Positions 25,176 to 64,000 of a stretch of 64,000 nt of DNA are shown one piece after another. The notes under the pieces were generated by a model. That model did not search any database, was not told where the DNA came from, and worked only from the letters and a program-made list of their open reading frames with translations. Both the position numbers and the translations under genes were made by a program. The stretch's first letter is position 1. The number at the start of each line of letters is the position of its first letter. Source of the DNA: Tubulanus polymorphus (Eukaryota; Animalia; Nemertea); assembly GCF_964204645.1 (NCBI RefSeq), contig NC_134025.1:5704001-5768000 (forward strand), given 5' to 3'.

Positions 25176-28100
25176 CTACCAAATTTTACATCTTCCGCTG
25201 TCACCTGGGTTTATGGGAGTGCCTTCCGCACAATCAAATACGTCACCAAAATCAAAGGAATTCTTGGCTAATTGTGGTACTCTGTAAGAAAGGGCTTGTG
25301 TAGTTATTGCATGATACAGGCAGTTATTTTTTTCATTTATGATTTACATTCGAACAATGTCACAAAGCAGAGTTCATATCTTAAGACTGAAAAGAAACAC
25401 TCATCTATGTTACCTGTATTTGTAGAAAGTGTGGGTGTAATAGCTGTTCATTTGCTTCACGCTTTTCTTTTCGCATAATGTCTGGAGACCATGAAACAAT
25501 GTTAGTTAAATAATTTTGTTTATCAAGAATAGAATTTTAGTAAATGTAGTCAAAATTATCATCTCAGTTGATGATATTGGATGCATTGAATTTACCCGCG
25601 TTAGACCCAGGAAAAACATCTTATCGTGACTCAGCAAATCTTGGTACTTAGCCGGAATAGTTACATCATTTCCAGATTCGCTCTTCCAAGTCTTGTAAGC
25701 CTAAACAGCAGAAGATATATACTTCGATGCCCGATTTAACTACAATATGCACATAATCAAACCTAAACGAGTAAATTATATTTTGATACGAAGCTCACTA
25801 TGATGGAACCAGATGTATGAATTAGGATCTCTCCTAATCGCCAATGATATTGATTACATGAAGTGTCATATCTTTATTCTAAAAACGGCATTTTGATTAG
25901 AAATAAAACACAAGCAAAATGAAATTCTAATTGACATAATGCTCTTGATAAATCTGAATCTAAAATTTAGATATAGATACCTCATATGCTGTATGTAAGC
26001 CCAAAATGTCGGCAAAGTTTTCTGGCAATGTTACGTTACCATCGAGCTGCAAGAAATTGAAATGCACAAATTTTGATGATATGAACATTTTGATATAAAA
26101 TGCTTTTAACGCCCATACACTATACGTATTGACGCTTCATTGCAGCGAAATGTCATCGAATACCTATGCTTACAATCATTTGAATCTTATTGAAGTTCCC
26201 AGAAAAATGCTTAGAATGTTGAGAATCTTATTACTTTTTTTAAATATATATTATTTTTTACCTGTTATAGTTCATCTATTCGTCAGGTATATTGATAAAC
26301 ATGATAAAGTGGGCCTATACGGTATTGTATCTTTCTATTAGGTACGAAAACAATTTTTACTTTTAATGATAAGACATGCAATTTAGACAGATTATAATAC
26401 CGGTATATCGCAACAACAGCTTAATGTTATGCGTAAACTGGCTAAAATTGAATTGCAGCGGTCCTCGACTTCAACCTACATGTTTCTGGGTCTCAATCAG
26501 AAATATCTCACTGTACTGGTCTCGGATACAGCTAACTTTGCTTTCATAGTTTGCAATTGATTCATCCGTCCACCATTTTTCTTTAATACCATTCACGTTG
26601 AAAAGTCTTCCTGAAATTTAAAGAAGTGTACAGGTCTTTGAGAAACATTGGAAACAATCACGTTCTCCAACAGTTGTATTATTGCTATACATTTCGACTT
26701 GTCAGTGATACTCATTTAGTGGGTATACACAATTGACTAGTTCTGATTTACCGTGATTGTCAAAAGCATGAGCAAATTCGTGGGCAATTGTGAATCCGAG
26801 TGATCCGAACATCAAGGACTTGGGAGAGTCTGCGTCGTAAAATGGTGTATTCAAAAACGCCGAAGCTATTCCTGCAGTTCGAAAAAACGTAATGACGTTC
26901 ATGATCTTAATGAGGACAATGCTCAATAAAATGATATAGTGATTCGTTCCGTAAACAGTGATATTCCGGCTGACTAAACGTTAAGTCTTTGAGATTTTTT
27001 GATTTCTAAAAACAATGAATCTATCGTTGGTGATATCGTTGGAGTATAAAAGGAAAGAAACTCTTAATACGTACTAAAATATCTTTTCTCATAGAAGTAT
27101 CTGGCAGTAGGCCATGGTTCAAAACTGAAAGAGCAATGAAAGAAGTGCTGAGGCACGGAACATAGAAGCGCGAGGTAAATCGATTTATACTGAAAGAATG
27201 GTTTATGTATCACATTTTGGACGTATCCCTCGAATAGTAGATACTTATCGTGATGATTAAAATATACGATATCTATTATACTTACTCTTCAGTCTGAAAT
27301 CCACTAGACTTGCTCAAACCTTTGTTCAATTTAAGTTTTCTAATCTTGTTGAGGTCAGCCAGGAATGAATCCGTTATTTGAAACTTGAAGAAGAACGAAA
27401 AAGGTTAGCAATACAATCGTATATCCCATTAATTAAGAATACAGATGCTCACATTTGCATAGTATTCATTCACTGCATTTGATGTCCTGAGCCAATCGGG
27501 GTAGCTGACCATTGTCCCAATGATATTCACCTGTCATCAAATAGATAGTATATAGATGTATATTCTCTCAATGCAATAAAGCTTTTATATATAGGAGCCT
27601 TTTTAGGAATATCTTCTATAAGGCAAGCCATCCCAGCATTCCAAGTTATCATGAAATCATTTTCCATCTATTGCTATACGAACCTTTTGGATGACTTTTG
27701 CTTTTGTCGTCTCGTCGAGCCAATCACACGAATTCACAGCCTTTTGCATAGCCGCTTTAACTCGGGTGATTATATCATCTGTCTATTTGATACAGTAAAT
27801 ATGTAAGCTGCTTTGTATGTTCATGATATAACTATGATGATAGATAAAGTCATTACTTTTTTAACTTACATCTTGTATTTCTTTAGCTATAGCTGCATTG
27901 TCCTTGTATAGAGTTGAGTGCACTGGGTTAAAGTATGGACCCATGTAACTACCACAAACGCTTTCGACCTCAAACGGATTATTAATCTATGAAAAATCAT
28001 ACGGGAAAAAATTACTGACTGCCCGTAACACGCACAATTCTTCTGAATATGTCTTCAGTGTTCTCCACTTACAGCTCGTCTGAGCGCTTCGTATGCAGTT

Positions 28101-30440
28101 CGAATTGAGCCCGCAGGAAATGCCGGCGCATATTCGTACACAATTCTCATCATCATATAATTCTGCTGCCATCTTTAAAAAAAACGAAGAACATCTAGCT
28201 CAGTAGATTGGGGACAATTGCATAGGTGACAAGTAGTGTATTACCTGTTTAGTAAGAAAAAAAGGCTTTTCGTTGCGTTTACAATATAATCTGCCCCAAA
28301 TACAACGACTTCGGTGTCATCGGGTATGTTTTCATTTCCGGCATATTCTTTCACGAATTTCGACCAATATTTAAAATTCGGCACTTCCTATAGATCGAAC
28401 AGAAGATATCGAAAAAGTCTCGATTGTGGCAAAGCTGCAGTGATATTTCAAGAATTGAATATTCTTACTGGAGAATATTGCGAATTCATCTGACTAATTG
28501 GTACTTCTAATATGTTGTCTAAAGTTGGTTGAGGTGGTGGTAACTGCGCCTGAAATGCGTTAATTATCATATTTCTGAAGTAATCATGAAATTTCGAACG
28601 ATTAGAAAAATTGAAATAATTTGGGCCTACTAATAGCAATATTCGATGCGTATGCATACAATTCGTTTTGGTGTAAGATCGGTTCGTGTCTACAGATTAG
28701 GTCTAACAGGGGACACATATTACATTAACCACCTACTATTTCTTGTTCAACGTGCAGTATTTGTCCTATCTCATTTTGTTTTGAATTTGGATCGCCTCCA
28801 AACGCGCTCACAACTGTTTTGATGAAGTTCGTGTATGCGTCTATAATGGGTTGGTCATCGGTGTTCAGCTTATTGGTTTGAAATCTTCTCCAGAAGTCGC
28901 TATCAGCATGTATCACAGACGGTACGCCGATCTAAGACATATAACAACATATGTTCAACAAGAAATCGCTACTTCCTCAAAACCTTATGAAATAAAACTA
29001 ACTATTGATGCAACTCTTTTTGTAGACACAAAGAAATTAACATTACTGGAAAGAAAAATAAACTATGAAATGACGAATGTATTTAATTTGCCAAAACAAT
29101 GAACCTACTACAAACTGCTTTTCATTCGAGTTTGCCAGAGGGTTGTCCCGGTAGGATATCGACAGTATGGGCCCCGACAGCGGCATAAATAGTCGTTGTA
29201 TTTTCCCTGGGTGGAACATTGATTCATTGTTCCAGCTGGAACCATAAAGAATTGGCCAATGCCCAAGATCGTCCATGATATCTTTTAAAATGTTCACAGC
29301 ATCAGTCTGATCGCCTTGGTTTTCTAAGAAAATACGAATATGGTCTCATGAGATATTCTTTAATTATATAGTCTGGGTTTTACGATCTGTGTAATCCCTG
29401 AAGATGTGCTTATATTACCAGCATTCAGACACGATTCTTTGAAGTCTAACATCTTTCGCGTTGGCGAATCTGTGTTGTAGTCCAATTTGTCCAATTTAGA
29501 AATCGCATCTATATTATATCAATTAATTCGATCTTTAGGTTAATTCGTATCATTCAATATATCGTAAGTGGAATGCGATTGGTGAGCGACTGACCGTTTA
29601 ATCTTTTTGGTTCGGAGATCGCAAGCACTTCCTGTACTTGAAGATCGTCCTCGCTGTGTGCTGCAATCCATTTATTACATACATAGCCGTAAAAGTCGGA
29701 ACATGGTTTGATTTCGGTTGAAAGTTCGCTCACAAGGCCTTCAACTAAAGATTTCGTAGAATTCTCTTTTGATATTTCACGAGCATGGCAGTAGAAAATT
29801 AGATGCATATCAAAGAAATTTTGTCGCCTTCTCCATGAAGAGCAGAGATCCCTAATCATTTTCCGAAAATTCGAACATTGTCATTTTCGCAATGGTCCGG
29901 TTATTTCATTACAACGTTTATTTAAAAAACCACCAAAGACAATGATGCAGACTGGAAATTAGGCATCGGAACATTTTTCAAATTAGGAGGCCAACCTACG
30001 AAATTTGTTTACGTTACATCAAATTACACCACTCACTACAACACCGATACTCAGCAATGAACAAACCAACATAAGTCAGAAGGCAAACGTCGTCGCCGTT
30101 ACGACGCTCTTTTGAAATGTAAGAAGAATAAATCTTAAGGGGGGCAAACGTTGCCTCCTGCATCTTTCATACGGGCTAATTCGGATGTTTATGATATTGT
30201 AATTCTGGAACTACATTATATAAATTTCAAATGACAAAATTTCTACCAGCATTTTCATTGCATATTGAAAAATGAATAGCGACATTTTTTCAAGGCAATG
30301 ATTCTAACATTCTAATAAACATACGAATATGTAAAAACTACGTGGTCTATGTGTTTGTTAAAAAAAATCAACTTACAGTCAAAAGGCGACACAGCGTCGA
30401 TTACCAACACGGCGAAAAGTACCCCAATGAGATTCTGCAT
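25176..30440 (-). CDS. neprilysin/endothelin-converting-enzyme-like M13 metallopeptidase, predicted secreted
   Basis: First exon MQNLIGVLFAVLVIDAVSPFD; KPCSDFYGYVCNKWI; LGHWPIL; DWLDETTKAKV; FGSLGFTIAHEFAHAFDNHG (HExxH at 26782-26768); TLPENFADILGL (third Zn ligand); C-terminal FDCAEGTPINP...CKIW-stop. Confidence 0.92.
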
Positions 30441-31230
30441 AGTGAGAGAGAATTTCTGAGAGCAGTTGACAGTTACCGGGCAGGCGAATAAATATCGTAT
30501 ATAGCCCACGCGTTTGAATAACGTCAAAAACATGTCTATCCTTGACAGAAAATCTATATGGTGTTACTTTTTGATTTCAACTTGACGTTTTTCACCGTTT
30601 ATTTCCACCTGCGGCTTATTGTTCTTTTTCGAATTTCGCGCCATAAAGGTACATGATGAAGTATAACTAAGATTTATATAAAAGCTGCACATAAGAGATA
30701 ACGGTCACTCTCTTTATACGTACGGCAAATTAAACATAGATTTATTGATTTGACTGTCCCGCTTGATAGGCAAGCAACGAGTGATAATCAGTTTTATATA
30801 TTGAGTATAAAGGTAAGATTTCGATTCAGAAAAAAATGAGTTCTGCGTTTGTTTTATCGGTATACGTAAACATACCTTTTATGTATACACGTATAAAAAG
30901 AATGGCCCAAACGCGCAGATACTATAAATGCATAGCTATATATATTTACGTGTACGCGATACTCATTTCATTTCTGGATTGTTTGTTTAGTGAAGTCTAG
31001 TCTACAGGCTATAGGTTGGAATTTGAAATGTTTTGAATCACAACGTCTGACGTTCATTTGAATTGCCTTAAACGTTAATGAAATGAAAATGTAAAGCAGA
31101 TTTTTGGAATCTGGACAAAATTGTTGTTTTTATACATTCTGTTCAAATGATATTGTAGTATATATTTCAATCATAGGGATTATATCTAGAATATTTCTGA
31201 AACGTTTTTGAATGACTCAAAGGATTCGAG

Positions 31231-62549
<31,319 letters not shown>

Positions 62550-63200
62550 GTATGTATTCGCTATTCACTACAGTATTGAAACGTCTAGCTAGATAATGAG
62601 GCTTCAGGTCAGTGATCGAAAAGCTGCTACTTACTTATGACTAATAGATTTATGTATAACATCTTCGAGAAATGCCCATATGTTCATCATATATTAACTT
62701 CAAATGTCTGGAGTTATTGTTATCATAGATGAAATACATTGTATCTATCTGCAGCTACCCATGATTCACCTGTTTGCCCCAGACTGAGTGGTATAAAAAT
62801 ACCCACCTGCAGATGATCTACCTACTTCAGTTTTATTTTAGAGATTTATTCAACTTAGAGGGGTAAAAATAGTTGAAACCAAATCATGAACTTGTCTTAT
62901 ATCCGTGAATAAGGACATATGATTTTTGGTACGGAAGAATGTATGATATATGTTCTTGCATGCAGTTTTAATCTCAAAAACAGTGCCGGGCAAAAAGTTC
63001 ATATGTTGAAATGTGAGCTGTTTATCTATTGATGTGAGATGATAGCAGATCCATTAATCTAAAGTTTTCGTCTGCAGTTAATCGCGTGTTCATGTTCTCC
63101 TATTTACTGATCTCCGTAGACGAGTAATCAGCCACGTTTTCCTTTAATCTCACGATAGGTAAAACACAATATCCGTGTTGACGCGATGAGGAGAGAATCC

Positions 63201-64000
63201 CACAATGATAATAAAAAGTCCGAAAATGAAACTTTGAGATAGTAGTTTATTCAACGTTTCGACTATATCCTAATAGTCATCTTCAGGAATAATGAGATAC
63301 TACAGAAATTATGAGATATATATACAATCCAGAGACAAAGAGACTAATTCAAGTAATCAGAGATGATACAAACTAAAGGAAAATTAACGTAGAAACAGTT
63401 ACACGCTAAAATAGATTAAAGGGAAGCAAACTAAGGGGTGATTATAAACAACAATAGTGAGTATAAATATAAATGAAACTTAAAGTCAGTAGTAAAAAGA
63501 AAGACAAACTAAGGGGCACTTAAATTAAAACAAAGGTTTTCACCCCATAATAAACTTATATCAAAATTCCTCTGTAAACTGGTTAAACTCAACACTTGAT
63601 TTCCCCTTTGATTATTTGTTATTTGTTCTCTCATCAATTTCGTCTCTGACTTAACTTGTATTCACCTTTGTTTTAATTTAAGTGCCCCTTAGTTTGTCTT
63701 TCTTTTTACTACTGACTTTAAGTTTCATTTATATTTATACTCACTATTGTTGTTTATAATCACCCCTTAGTTTGCTTCCCTTTAATCTATTTTAGCGTGT
63801 AACTGTTTCTACGTTAATTTTCCTTTAGTTTGTATCATCTCTGATTACTTGAATTAGTCTCTTTGTCTCTGGATTGTATATATATCTCATAATTTCTGTA
63901 GTATCTCATTATTCCTGAAGATGACTATTAGGATATAGTCGAAACGTTGAATAAACTACTATCTCAAAGTTTCATTTTCGGACTTTTTATTATCATTGTG
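63201..64000. repeat. long inverted repeat (arms 63201-63537 and 63664-64000, 126-bp spacer)
   Basis: The window end ...GGACTTTTTATTATCATTGTG is the reverse complement of CACAATGATAATAAAAAGTCC at 63201; pairing continues without indel to TAAATTAAAACAAAGGT / ACCTTTGTTTTAATTTA. Confidence 0.95.

Noticed and set aside
1634-30440. Operon-like cluster (OvoA + transporter, or prohormone + neprilysin)
   Set aside because: Genes have mixed orientations and unrelated neighbours, and no lyase or other pathway gene is present; proximity alone is not evidence without conserved synteny or co-expression.

Overview
Eukaryotic, AT-rich, intron-rich animal DNA, most likely a marine invertebrate (a lophotrochozoan is my inference from gene content). 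Most short ORFs in the track are spurious; the real genes were reconstructed by hand from GT/AG exons. Left to right: (1) an 18-exon OvoA-family sulfoxide synthase/methyltransferase (+, 1634-7860) with intact Fe ligands but several substitutions in usually conserved pocket motifs; (2) a small single-Ig transmembrane protein (+); (3) a secreted acidic granin-like/neuropeptide prohormone (-) with a tRNA-Thr(CGU) in its first coding intron; (4) an SLC29/ENT nucleoside transporter (+); (5) a signal-peptide-bearing, divergent neprilysin (M13) (-); (6) the 5' half of a supervillin-like gene (+) with a 5.6-kb giant exon, a probable alternative first exon and a GC-donor exon. Several MITE remnants, an (AT)65 tract and a 337-bp inverted repeat at the window end are also present. 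The best candidate for something new is the divergent OvoA. Consensus motifs cited below are from memory of the families, not from a search.
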